Position numbers and translations under genes: made by a program | From: Candidatus Omnitrophota bacterium | GTDB taxonomy: Bacteria; Omnitrophota; Gorgyraeia; Zapsychrales; JAHFFX01 | DNA length: 64,000 nt | Direction: 5' to 3' | NCBI GenBank assembly: GCA_023247705.1 | Contig: JAHFFY010000002.1 | Location: 38,251-102,250 of the forward strand | Shown here: positions 29,775 through 38,686 of the stretch, one piece after another | How the letters are laid out: every line of letters starts with the position of its first letter | How positions within the stretch are numbered: position 1 is the stretch's first letter | Notes under the pieces: generated by a model | Databases searched by the model: none | What the model saw: only the letters and a program-made list of their open reading frames with translations | What the model was told of the DNA's origin: nothing

Positions 29775-29911
29775 GTCTCATCACGCAAAGCGATATTTTT
29801 TTCCTTCCGGCCTTCCTAAAAAGGCTGATCGTCCGGACTCTGGGGATAGGAGAGCGGATAACAGGGGGCCTAAAATTGACAAAGCATATCAACTATGCTA
29901 CAGTGAACGGC

Positions 29912-30877
29912 ATGCCTAAAAGAATTATTACAGTTATCTGTATAATTTCTATCTCTATATCTGCCAAAGCCTACCCGTTTTGGGTCTGGACGCCAGAAAC
30001 CAACAAGTGGGTCAATCCCAAATATTCCGTCAAAGAAACGCCGCAAGCCCAGTTAGAATACGCTCAGGGGTTTTATCAATCTAAGGATTATAAAAAAGCG
30101 ATTGATGAGTTTAATAAGCTTATTAATAATTATCCTAAAGCCAAGGAAGCCCCGGAAGCTCAATATTCGATCGGTTTATGTCTGGAAGATCAGGATAAGC
30201 TTTATGAAGCCTTTAAAGCGTACCAGCAGATCATCGAGAAATATCCTTTTAGCGAGCGTTCGGCGGAGGTGGTCACCAAACAATTTGGGATCGGGGAGAA
30301 AATTTTAGAAGGGGAACAGAAAAAGAGCAAATTTATCAATGCGATGACCGGAGGAAACTACGATGTGGTGGATGTCTTCCGCACGGTGATAAAAAATTCT
30401 CCGTATGGTCCAAACGCCGCGCTCACCCAGTATAAGATCGCCTTGTATCTCAAAGAAAAAGAACTTTTTCAGGAAGCGCGCGACGAGTTCGAGAAAGTGA
30501 TCAATGATTATCCCAAAAGCGAGTGGGCCAAGGGCGCGCAATATCAAATCGCGTTGGTGGACGCCCAACGGTCTTCGCACGCGCAGTACGACCAGAAAGT
30601 TACGAAGGCGGCCGTGGATGAGCTTAAGGAGTTCGTCAATCAAAATCCAGATGCCGAACTTTCTGACAAAGCCCAGAACGAGATTCAACGGTTAAAAGAA
30701 AAAGAAGCGGAAAATAAATTTCTAGTCGCTAATTTTTATGAAAAACAAAAGAATTATAAAGCGGCCAAGATATACTACTCCGTGATCGTTGATCACTACA
30801 AAAATACCGTTTGGGCCACCAAGGCCTTGGAGAAAATCCAGCAAGTCGATCAAAAAAATAGCAGTGCTAAGAAATGA
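29912..30877 (+). CDS. bamD: Outer membrane assembly factor BamD-like TPR protein
   Basis: TPRs with YP.S motifs, DQ..T..A, A.FY...; adjacent to lptE. Confidence 0.75.
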   Translation: MPKRIITVICIISISISAKAYPFWVWTPETNKWVNPKYSVKETPQAQLEYAQGFYQSKDYKKAIDEFNKLINNYPKAKEAPEAQYSIGLCLEDQDKLYEAFKAYQQIIEKYPFSERSAEVVTKQFGIGEKILEGEQKKSKFINAMTGGNYDVVDVFRTVIKNSPYGPNAALTQYKIALYLKEKELFQEARDEFEKVINDYPKSEWAKGAQYQIALVDAQRSSHAQYDQKVTKAAVDELKEFVNQNPDAELSDKAQNEIQRLKEKEAENKFLVANFYEKQKNYKAAKIYYSVIVDHYKNTVWATKALEKIQQVDQKNSSAKK

Positions 30878-31404
30878 ATATAAAAAAAATTTTGGTGACA
30901 GTGTTTTTGATTTGCAGCTCGCTCACGGGATGCGGGTATTCGACGCGCTCTTTGCTGCCCGGTCATATCAAAACTATATACGTTGCTCCATTTAAAAATA
31001 ATGTCGTTTATACAACCGAATCGAGCCGCAATCTTTATTTTCCTCTCTTGGAGGTCAATGTCCGTAATGCGACCGTGGACCGTTTTTTATTTGACGGTCA
31101 TTTAAAGGTCGAGGACGGCGAAACGGCTGATATTATCCTGAAAGGTTCTCTTTTGAATTATCAGCGCGACGCCTTGCGATACACCGACAGCAACGATGTT
31201 TTGGAATATAGACTCCAGATTTTTGTTTCTTTGGAATTGCTGGATTCAAAGACGGGAGAAGTCATTTGGCAGGAACCAAATTTCGTGGGAGAAACGACCT
31301 ATTTCCCGACCGGGGCGTTGGCCAAAACAGAGGCCCAGGCGCTGCAGGACGCTTTGACCGATTTAGCGCGCCGCATCGTCGAACGGACGGTCGAAGATTG
31401 GTAA
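30874..31404 (+). CDS. lptE: LptE family lipoprotein
   Basis: Lipobox LTGC-GY; context upstream of holA. Confidence 0.8.
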   Translation: MNIKKILVTVFLICSSLTGCGYSTRSLLPGHIKTIYVAPFKNNVVYTTESSRNLYFPLLEVNVRNATVDRFLFDGHLKVEDGETADIILKGSLLNYQRDALRYTDSNDVLEYRLQIFVSLELLDSKTGEVIWQEPNFVGETTYFPTGALAKTEAQALQDALTDLARRIVERTVEDW

Positions 31405-31425
31405 GGGACAGGTTAAGCATAAACA

Positions 31426-32079
31426 ATGGTTTATCTTTTAATAGGCGAAGATCATGTTGCCAAAGACGCCAAGATCGAAGAAATCAAACAGAACGTAGAT
31501 CCTTCCGGGAAAGCCGCTTTATTCGATTATGAAGTTTTATACGGCCACAAACTTGATCAGGATGTCCTCAAAAAAGCCCTCATCAGTCTTCCGGCGATTG
31601 CCGCCAAACGCCTGGTTGTCGTCAAAGAAAGTCACCGTTTAAGCGCCGCCCATCAGGAATTGATCACTCAAACATTTCAAAATAAACTCGCCCATGTTGC
31701 GCTCATTCTGGATTTTAACGGCTCCGATGGAACGGAAGGGTTTATTAAAAAATTAAAAAATTCGGCGCAAATCATCGAATTTTTCTCGCAACAGAAATTG
31801 AATGTGTTCGATATGACGCGGGCCATCGAGCGGCAGAAGGGAAATGATGCCTTGAAAATTCTTCATTCTCTGTTAACGAATGGAGAACATCCTTTGCAGA
31901 TTTTGGGAGGGCTCGTGTGGTTCTGGGGAAAGACGCGTATTAAAATGTCGGCGGCAAGATTTGAAAAAGGCCTCTTGGCTCTGCAAGAGGCCGATTTGAA
32001 TATCAAGCGAAGTCGCCTTCAATCCGAATATGCGCTGGAATTGTTGATCGTTAAGCTATGCGTGCAAGAAGTCTGCTGA
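31426..32079 (+). CDS. holA: DNA polymerase III delta subunit (short form)
   Basis: VYLLIGED, L..ADLNIKRS; convergent with rpsT. Confidence 0.75.
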   Translation: MVYLLIGEDHVAKDAKIEEIKQNVDPSGKAALFDYEVLYGHKLDQDVLKKALISLPAIAAKRLVVVKESHRLSAAHQELITQTFQNKLAHVALILDFNGSDGTEGFIKKLKNSAQIIEFFSQQKLNVFDMTRAIERQKGNDALKILHSLLTNGEHPLQILGGLVWFWGKTRIKMSAARFEKGLLALQEADLNIKRSRLQSEYALELLIVKLCVQEVC

Positions 32080-32323
32080 AGACAGATTTGCGTCGGGCAG
32101 CTGTATTTTTATGCAGGACATTCCGTTTAGCGGCCTTATCAAACTTTTTATACAAAATTTTTAAAGTCGCTTCGGCTTCTTTTTTATTTTTGGAAGAAAT
32201 AAGAGACCGGAATTTTTTCGTCGTTTTTTTAAGATCAGTTTTGATGTCCAGATTGCGTAACCGTCTTTTTCGAGTAATTCTTAATGCTTTTATAGCGTTT
32301 CTTCGTTGTGGCAAAACTATCAC
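32051..32323 (-). CDS. rpsT: 30S ribosomal protein S20
   Basis: DKAAKRNVLHKNTAARRKS. Confidence 0.95.
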   Translation of the reverse strand: MIVLPQRRNAIKALRITRKRRLRNLDIKTDLKKTTKKFRSLISSKNKKEAEATLKILYKKFDKAAKRNVLHKNTAARRKSVFSRLLARIA

Positions 32324-32457
32324 CCCCTTCTGATGGACCTTTTTTGATTTAGTGTTATTGTGAAAGTCCCTGGCTGGCCGCCAGGAAAGTCAAGGAGGTC
32401 TCTTCCTTAGGAAAAAGACCAACAAAAAGTTCCTCATATTAACAGAGAGGTCAAAGC

Positions 32458-34035
32458 GTGTCAACTGATAAATCGACCGACAAAGATTCCCACCGTTCGA
32501 TTATTAAATCGACTTCCATCGTCTCATTTGGGACGCTGTTATCCAGGATTTTGGGGTTTTTCCGGGATGTGATCCTGGCCAAATTTTTCGGAACCGCGGC
32601 TCAGGCCGACAGCTTTTTTGTCGCGTTCCGAATCCCTAATTTATTGCGGGATTTAATGGGAGAGGGGGCGACCAATTCCGCAGTTGTCCCGGTGCTTTCC
32701 GAGTATTTGCATAAAGACAAGAAAGATCTGGCCGATTTAATGAATATCTTGTTCACCTTCTTTCTGGTTGTTTTAAGCGGTGTGACGGTCTTGGGTATTC
32801 TTTTGGCTCCGTTGGTGGTGCGTGTCGTTGCTCCGGGATTTACCTCTGATGTGCAAAAATTCGATTTAACGGTCCAATTAACGCGGATCTTATTTCCTTA
32901 TCTCATCCTGATTGGATTAACGGCTTATAGCATGGGGATCCTTTATACTCTTCGTTCGTTCTTCTGGCCTGCGTTCAGTCCCTGTTTTTTAAATATCGCC
33001 TGCATCGTTGCCGCCTTAGCCGCCTCCGCGACCATGAAAGAGCCGATCCTGGGTCTGGCCATCGGGGTTTTGATCGGAGGGATTCTTCAATTGATCGTGC
33101 AGATCGTCGCTTTACAAAGAAAAGGTGTTTATCTCGGTATAGCAAAGAAATTTAATCATCCAGGCGTTAAACAAATCAAACGCTTGCTGCTTCCGAGGCT
33201 TTTTGGTTCGGGTGTTTATCAGATCAATGTGGTCATCGATACGTTGTGCGCGTCTTTATCCAGTGTCGTTGGTCCCGGGGGGATTTCGGCGATTTATTAT
33301 GCGAACCGGATCATTCAATTTCCGCAGGGGTTGTTCGGGGTGGCGCTGGCGTCCGCGTTGTTACCAGCGATCTCAGGGCTCGCGGCGCGAAAAGAAGTGG
33401 AATCTTTAAAGAAAACGATCCAGTTCGCGTTAAGGATTATTTTTTTGATTTTATTTCCCGTCGCATTCTTTTGCATTTTCTTGTCGACGCCAATTGTCCG
33501 GATGCTTTTCGAGAGGGGGGAATTTGATACCTATTCCACGGCGATTACCTCCACCGCGTTATTATTTTTTGCCCCGGGTTTATTGAGTTATGGCGGGGTC
33601 AGGATCATGGTCACGGCCTTTTATGCCCTGCAGGATACCGTCACGCCGGTGAAGGTCGCCGGGACCTGTCTGCTGGTGAATGCTGTTTTGAATTTTGTTC
33701 TGATGGGGCCGTTGAAAATCGGCGGGATCGCCTTGGCCAGTTCTGTTGCGACCACGCTTAATTTTTTGACGCTGTTTTTTGTTCTGGACAAGAAACTGGG
33801 CGGATTAAAAAAAGGACTTAAGAAATATTTAATGAAGTTGAGCTTTGCTGGTATGATAATGGGTGTCTTTGTCTATTTTAGCTGGCAATTGATCCCCATC
33901 TCTAATGAGTGGGTCAAATTGATGCTGGTCGGCGCGTTGGGGTTGAGTGTTTTTATCCTCATTTGTTTTATCTTAAAGGTTGAAGAAATTAAGAAAGTAA
34001 GCGATGAAATTAAAAAACGATATTCCCGACATTAA
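32458..34035 (+). CDS. murJ: Lipid II flippase MurJ
   Basis: SRILGFFRD, AFRIPN..R...GEGA, FYALQDT.TP. Confidence 0.96.
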   Translation: MSTDKSTDKDSHRSIIKSTSIVSFGTLLSRILGFFRDVILAKFFGTAAQADSFFVAFRIPNLLRDLMGEGATNSAVVPVLSEYLHKDKKDLADLMNILFTFFLVVLSGVTVLGILLAPLVVRVVAPGFTSDVQKFDLTVQLTRILFPYLILIGLTAYSMGILYTLRSFFWPAFSPCFLNIACIVAALAASATMKEPILGLAIGVLIGGILQLIVQIVALQRKGVYLGIAKKFNHPGVKQIKRLLLPRLFGSGVYQINVVIDTLCASLSSVVGPGGISAIYYANRIIQFPQGLFGVALASALLPAISGLAARKEVESLKKTIQFALRIIFLILFPVAFFCIFLSTPIVRMLFERGEFDTYSTAITSTALLFFAPGLLSYGGVRIMVTAFYALQDTVTPVKVAGTCLLVNAVLNFVLMGPLKIGGIALASSVATTLNFLTLFFVLDKKLGGLKKGLKKYLMKLSFAGMIMGVFVYFSWQLIPISNEWVKLMLVGALGLSVFILICFILKVEEIKKVSDEIKKRYSRH

Positions 34036-35293
34036 TCGGAAGATCAATCAATTTCCTCTGACCAGCGGCGTTTATTTGATGCAAGACCGCGCCGGGAGCG
34101 TGATCTATGTGGGCAAGGCCGTGTGCCTGCGTAAACGCGTACAATCTTATTTCGGGAAAAGAAAACAGGTGTTGTCTAAAACCGATATTCTTGTTGCGAA
34201 TGTGTGGGACATTGACTATGTCTTGACTGCGAGCGAAGCAGAGGCGTTGATCCTGGAGGCCAGCCTGATCAAAGAATATCAGCCCAGGTTTAATATCGAG
34301 TTACGAGATGACAAAAGTTATCCTTATATCCAAATCTCCGATGAAGAATTTCCCCGCGTGTCGGTCGTCCGCCCCCGGCAGAAGCGGAAAAAGACAGCGC
34401 CGCATGAGGCTATGATCCAGGAACAGGGGCAATTCTACGGTCCGTATGTGAACCCTAAATTGATCCGTGAAGCGTTGGACATCATCAGAAAAATTTTTCA
34501 TTTCCGTACCTGCCATCCTTTTCCAAAAAAAGCCTGCCTGGATTTTCATATCGGTTTATGCGACGCCCCGTGCATTGCGAACGTGAGCAAAGAGGACTAC
34601 GACAAGATCATCCAAAATGTCTGTTTGATCCTTGAGGGAAAAAAAGATGAATTGTATCATAACTTAAGGTTCGCAATGGAATCGCTGGCCAAAGCCAAAC
34701 GGTTTGAAGAGGCGGCGAAAGTCCGCGACCAGATCCGCGCGATCGGAGCGCTTTATTCGGGGACCAAAGACATCAATTGTTTCAAGGAGGCTGAACAGCT
34801 TCAGCGTGTTTTGTCTCTCCCGCGATTGCCGGAGCGCATCGAAGCCTTCGATATTTCAAACATTCTGGGCAACCAGGCGGTGGGGTCCATGGTCTCGTTT
34901 TTCAACGGCAAACCGGACAAATCAAACTACCGCCGCTTTCGCATCCGCGAGGTGGAAGGGATCGATGATTTCAGGATGATGGCGGAGATCGTTAAGCGCC
35001 GTTACCGCCGCTTGAAAAATGAACAGGCGGTCTTCCCGGATTTGATTGTGATCGACGGCGGGAAGGGGCAGTTGTCGGCGGCGGTTGAACAGCTTAAATT
35101 GTTGAAACTGGAAGTACCGATCATTTCTCTGGCCAAAAGACAGGAAGAAATTTTTTTACCGAACCGCAGAGCCCCGGTTCTTTTATCCCGCGAATCATTG
35201 GGATTGAAATTGTTGCAGCGGGTCCGCGATGAGGCCCATCGTTTCGCGGTGTTTTATCATCGGCATTTAAGAGGAAAACAGAGCTTATCTTAA
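34004..35293 (+). CDS. uvrC: Excinuclease UvrC, compact form lacking C-terminal HhH
   Basis: GVY...YVGKA, IEAFDIS, IDGGKGQL, RDEAHRFA. Confidence 0.9.
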   Translation: MKLKNDIPDINRKINQFPLTSGVYLMQDRAGSVIYVGKAVCLRKRVQSYFGKRKQVLSKTDILVANVWDIDYVLTASEAEALILEASLIKEYQPRFNIELRDDKSYPYIQISDEEFPRVSVVRPRQKRKKTAPHEAMIQEQGQFYGPYVNPKLIREALDIIRKIFHFRTCHPFPKKACLDFHIGLCDAPCIANVSKEDYDKIIQNVCLILEGKKDELYHNLRFAMESLAKAKRFEEAAKVRDQIRAIGALYSGTKDINCFKEAEQLQRVLSLPRLPERIEAFDISNILGNQAVGSMVSFFNGKPDKSNYRRFRIREVEGIDDFRMMAEIVKRRYRRLKNEQAVFPDLIVIDGGKGQLSAAVEQLKLLKLEVPIISLAKRQEEIFLPNRRAPVLLSRESLGLKLLQRVRDEAHRFAVFYHRHLRGKQSLS

Positions 35294-35304
35294 TTCAGCC
35301 TGAT

Positions 35305-35862
35305 TAAACCACCTGCTAAGCAGGTGGTGATGGACTGATGGCTTCGCCAAAATAAAGATGATGAGTTAGAATGGCGGGATGGGACGATTTAAGAAATTAT
35401 CACATGCGGTATATGATTGTAAATATCACATAGTGTGGTGTCCGAAGTATCGGTATCGAGTGTTATTGGAAGGGAAAGGGAAGTTTGTGGATACGAGTGT
35501 GAGGATGTTGTGTGAGTGGAAGGAATTGGGAATTGAAGCATTGAATGTTCAAAAGGATCATGTGCATGTGATATTGGGAATTCCGCCGAAATATTCAGTG
35601 TCAGAAGTGATGGGGATGCTGAAAGGAAAGACGGCGATCAAAATGTTCCAGAATTATCCTGAGATGAAGAAGAAACCGTATTGGAGGAATCATTTTTGGG
35701 CGAGAGGATATTGTGTGAGCACGATTGGGCTGGATGAAGAGAAGATCAAGAAATATGTGCAATCCCAGGAAGAACAGGAACGACAGGAAGAATCTCAACA
35801 GCAGGAATTCGGCTTTTATCCGAGGTTTTTCAGGTCACCGCCTCTGGCGGTGGTAATTGACT
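35305..35862 (+). mobile_element. IS200/IS605-family element (tnpA only)
   Basis: Subterminal hairpins ACCACCTGCTAAGCAGGTGGT (35308-35328) and CACCGCC-TCT-GGCGGTG (~35836-35852) flank a Y1 transposase. Confidence 0.85.
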
Positions 35863-35891
35863 TAAAATTATGTTCAGGAGAACCCAGATGA
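35379..35891 (+). CDS. tnpA: Y1 HUH transposase
   Basis: YHIVWCPKYR, DHVH, FWARGY, KYVQSQ. Confidence 0.95.
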   Translation: MGRFKKLSHAVYDCKYHIVWCPKYRYRVLLEGKGKFVDTSVRMLCEWKELGIEALNVQKDHVHVILGIPPKYSVSEVMGMLKGKTAIKMFQNYPEMKKKPYWRNHFWARGYCVSTIGLDEEKIKKYVQSQEEQERQEESQQQEFGFYPRFFRSPPLAVVIDLKLCSGEPR

Positions 35892-36193
35892 TCCCTCAAA
35901 CAAAGATTACGGATTTTGAATGGCAGGTTTATGAGATCACTCTGTCCATCCCGATGGGACAAACCTTGTCTTATAAGGAAGTAGCGCAAAAGATCGGCCG
36001 TCCTCTGGCATCCCGCGCGGTCGGCCAGGCTTTAAAGAAAAATCCTTTTGCCCCGGTGATTCCTTGCCATCGGGTGGTGAGAAGCGACGGTTCCCTCGGT
36101 GGGTATCAGGGGACGAAAGGATTGACCAGGAAACAAATTTTATTGGATCAGGAAAAAGAGATATCGACTATTCTTGATGAGCAAAAAAGGTAG
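35888..36193 (+). CDS. Methylated-DNA--protein-cysteine methyltransferase (MGMT)
   Basis: RAVG.AL..NP...IPCHRVV. Confidence 0.9.
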   Translation: MIPQTKITDFEWQVYEITLSIPMGQTLSYKEVAQKIGRPLASRAVGQALKKNPFAPVIPCHRVVRSDGSLGGYQGTKGLTRKQILLDQEKEISTILDEQKR

Positions 36194-36249
36194 AGACTTC
36201 AAGGCTTGATCGCTCTATAGGATAAATTCGCAACATTTTTTTAGCAAAG

Positions 36250-36380
36250 TTTGAAATTACAAATTCCAATGTACAAATCACAACCAATACCGAAATTCCA
36301 ATCCACAAACTTCGGTTTTGAGATTGTTTATTAGGAATTGGGATTTGTTTGTAATTTGAAATTTGTGTATTGTAAATTGG
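36250..36380. repeat. Palindromic heptamer repeat array
   Basis: AAATTAC AAATTCC AATGTAC AAATCAC... mirrored by GGAATTG GGATTTG GTAATTT GAAATTT... Confidence 0.65.
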
Positions 36381-36436
36381 TTGCGGCTTCGCTGCGCTAT
36401 GTTATACAAAAGATAAAATAAACTTACGGAGGGAAG

Positions 36437-37516
36437 ATGAGAATCACTCAATTATTCGCTCAGATGGTGGCCCGCGAGGCATCGGATTTATTTTTAAGCA
36501 TTTATACCGCTCCCCGGGCAAGGATTCACGGAAAAGTCGAAATCATTGATCCGCAGGTCATCTCCAAAGAAGAAATGCAGGAGATTACGGAATTTTTGTT
36601 AGGGTCGGAAGACCGCAAAATTCTTTTTAACAAAAACCATGACCTGGATTTTATCCATCAGGAACCCGGGATCGGTCGTTTCAGGGTCAATGTTTTTAAA
36701 CAGCGCGGTTCTCCGGCGGTGGTGGCCAGGCATGTTTATAGTTCGACAAGGTCGTTTGAAGAACTCAATCTGCCCACGGATCTTTTTAAAAGATTTTGTG
36801 ACGAGTCGAAGGGTCTCTTGCTGATCTGCGGGCCCGCCGGGAGCGGAAAATCTTCGGCGATCGCGAGCATGGTCGATTATATCAATGCGAATTTAGAGAA
36901 ACATATCGTGACCATTGAAGACCCGATCGAATTTTTGTTCCAGAATAAAAAGAGCATTATCAACCAGCGGGAATTAGGGATTGATGTTTTTTCGTATCCG
37001 GTCGCCTTGCGCCATGTAACCCAGCAGAGCCCCGATATCATCTTTATCGGCGTGACCCGTGATGAAGCAACGATGCGTGCTTTGATCTCGGCCACCGAAT
37101 TAGGGGCCTTTGTCATCACGACTTTTCATACGGTCAACGCCATCCAGACGATCCACCGGATCATTAATTTTTTTCCGCCCCATCTGCACGATGAGGTTCG
37201 ATTGCAGTTATCGTTAATTCTTAAAGGAATCATTTCCCTGAGATTGATGCCCCGCAAGGACGGCAACGGACGAATCCCGGCGTATGAAACCATGGTCGTC
37301 ACCCCCACCATCGCCCGTTTGATCCGGGAAGGCCAAACCAAGGATATCCAGTCTTTTATTGATGAAGGAGAGCTCTTTGGGATGAGATCGTTTAAGCAAA
37401 GTCTGGTTAAGCTGGTGAAAGAAAACCTGGTCCATGAAGACGACGCCCGCAGGATCGCGGACAGCAAGGATGAGTTTAACCTGGAGTTGAAGGGGATCAA
37501 GAGGAATCAGTTTTGA
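36437..37516 (+). CDS. PilT/PilU-family ATPase with degenerate Walker B
   Basis: RFRVN.F.QRG, GPAGSGKS, TIEDPIE, PDIIFIGVTRD, TFHT. Confidence 0.9.
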   Translation: MRITQLFAQMVAREASDLFLSIYTAPRARIHGKVEIIDPQVISKEEMQEITEFLLGSEDRKILFNKNHDLDFIHQEPGIGRFRVNVFKQRGSPAVVARHVYSSTRSFEELNLPTDLFKRFCDESKGLLLICGPAGSGKSSAIASMVDYINANLEKHIVTIEDPIEFLFQNKKSIINQRELGIDVFSYPVALRHVTQQSPDIIFIGVTRDEATMRALISATELGAFVITTFHTVNAIQTIHRIINFFPPHLHDEVRLQLSLILKGIISLRLMPRKDGNGRIPAYETMVVTPTIARLIREGQTKDIQSFIDEGELFGMRSFKQSLVKLVKENLVHEDDARRIADSKDEFNLELKGIKRNQF

Positions 37517-37667
37517 TCTTTTCGTTTTTTGTTAATTTTGTTTTGATCGTTGATTTCCTGCCGATGGGATTCTCTTTCAGACAAAACCTTCATTGAGATT
37601 GATCAGGGAAAACGCCGTCGAAAATCAATCAGTGTAAAAAAATACTGTATCTGAAGATGAGATCAAG

Positions 37668-38645
37668 ATGTTTCCTATCGTATTTATTCTAAAAGTCGCC
37701 TTTATTTTTTATTCTGTCTTTGTTGCCGTTTTGCTTTTTATCCTGCGGCTGGTGGAGAAATATTTTAAACGCAATGGAGATAAAGATTCCTATGTGTTGT
37801 GCCGGCGTATCGGGTTTTTGCTGGGGATGTCGGTCATCTTGGGGATTGTCATCTGGATTGATGCCTTCGTGATTGAACCCAATTGGATCCAGGTGACCCG
37901 TCTGGAAATCAAATCGCCGCATTTTAACGAGCAACTCAAAGATATTAAAATCGTCCAGATCACGGATCTTCATATCGAACAGATCGGTCTCCGGGAAAAA
38001 AGCATGATCCGTCTGATCAATAACCTAAAACCGGATGTCATTTTGACAAACGGCGATTTTATAAATTCCAAAGAGGGATGGCAGCCGGCTTTGGGGGTTT
38101 TAAGCCAGTTACGGGCTAAAACCGAAATTTATACGATCCTGGGGAATACGGATTATTATTTTCCTTTGGAGGAGGGAGGAAGATTTACTGAACTTGAACG
38201 GACCGGAGTCCATATTCTTTTTCATGAGAACCTCCGGCTTGATTTTGGCGAACGGGGATATTTCTGGCTGGCCGGCTTGTCGGATAAATTTGGTCTTAAA
38301 GCCCAGTATGGAGAAACGAAATATATCGACCAGGCCTTTGAAGGGATTCCAATGGATGAGCCGAAAGTCCTGCTTGTCCATGATCCCCAACACGCGCTGG
38401 TGAAACAGATATCGACGTATAAACCCGATTTGATTCTCGCCGGAGACACCCACGGCGGTCAGGTTGGTATTTCTTTTCTTCGTCAATTTTCGGACTATGC
38501 TAACCGCGGCGATTATATGGCCGGGTTATTTCACATCCATCGGAATATCCCGCTTTATGTCAACCGGGGCATCGGGATGAAAACTATAAATATCCGCTTG
38601 CTTTGCCGTCCGGAAATCACAGTTATAAAACTGATCAAAGGATGA
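37668..38645 (+). CDS. Membrane-anchored metallophosphoesterase
   Basis: DLH, GD, GNTD, GDTHGGQ. Confidence 0.85.
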   Translation: MFPIVFILKVAFIFYSVFVAVLLFILRLVEKYFKRNGDKDSYVLCRRIGFLLGMSVILGIVIWIDAFVIEPNWIQVTRLEIKSPHFNEQLKDIKIVQITDLHIEQIGLREKSMIRLINNLKPDVILTNGDFINSKEGWQPALGVLSQLRAKTEIYTILGNTDYYFPLEEGGRFTELERTGVHILFHENLRLDFGERGYFWLAGLSDKFGLKAQYGETKYIDQAFEGIPMDEPKVLLVHDPQHALVKQISTYKPDLILAGDTHGGQVGISFLRQFSDYANRGDYMAGLFHIHRNIPLYVNRGIGMKTINIRLLCRPEITVIKLIKG

Positions 38646-38686
38646 CCAGCGGTTTTTTAAATGAAGAAGTCTCTTGACTATAATAA

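Noticed and set aside
34004-35293. uvrC truncated by the IS200 insertion
   Set aside because: The stop codon precedes the IS left-end hairpin and no HhH remnant is visible beyond the element; a naturally compact form is as likely
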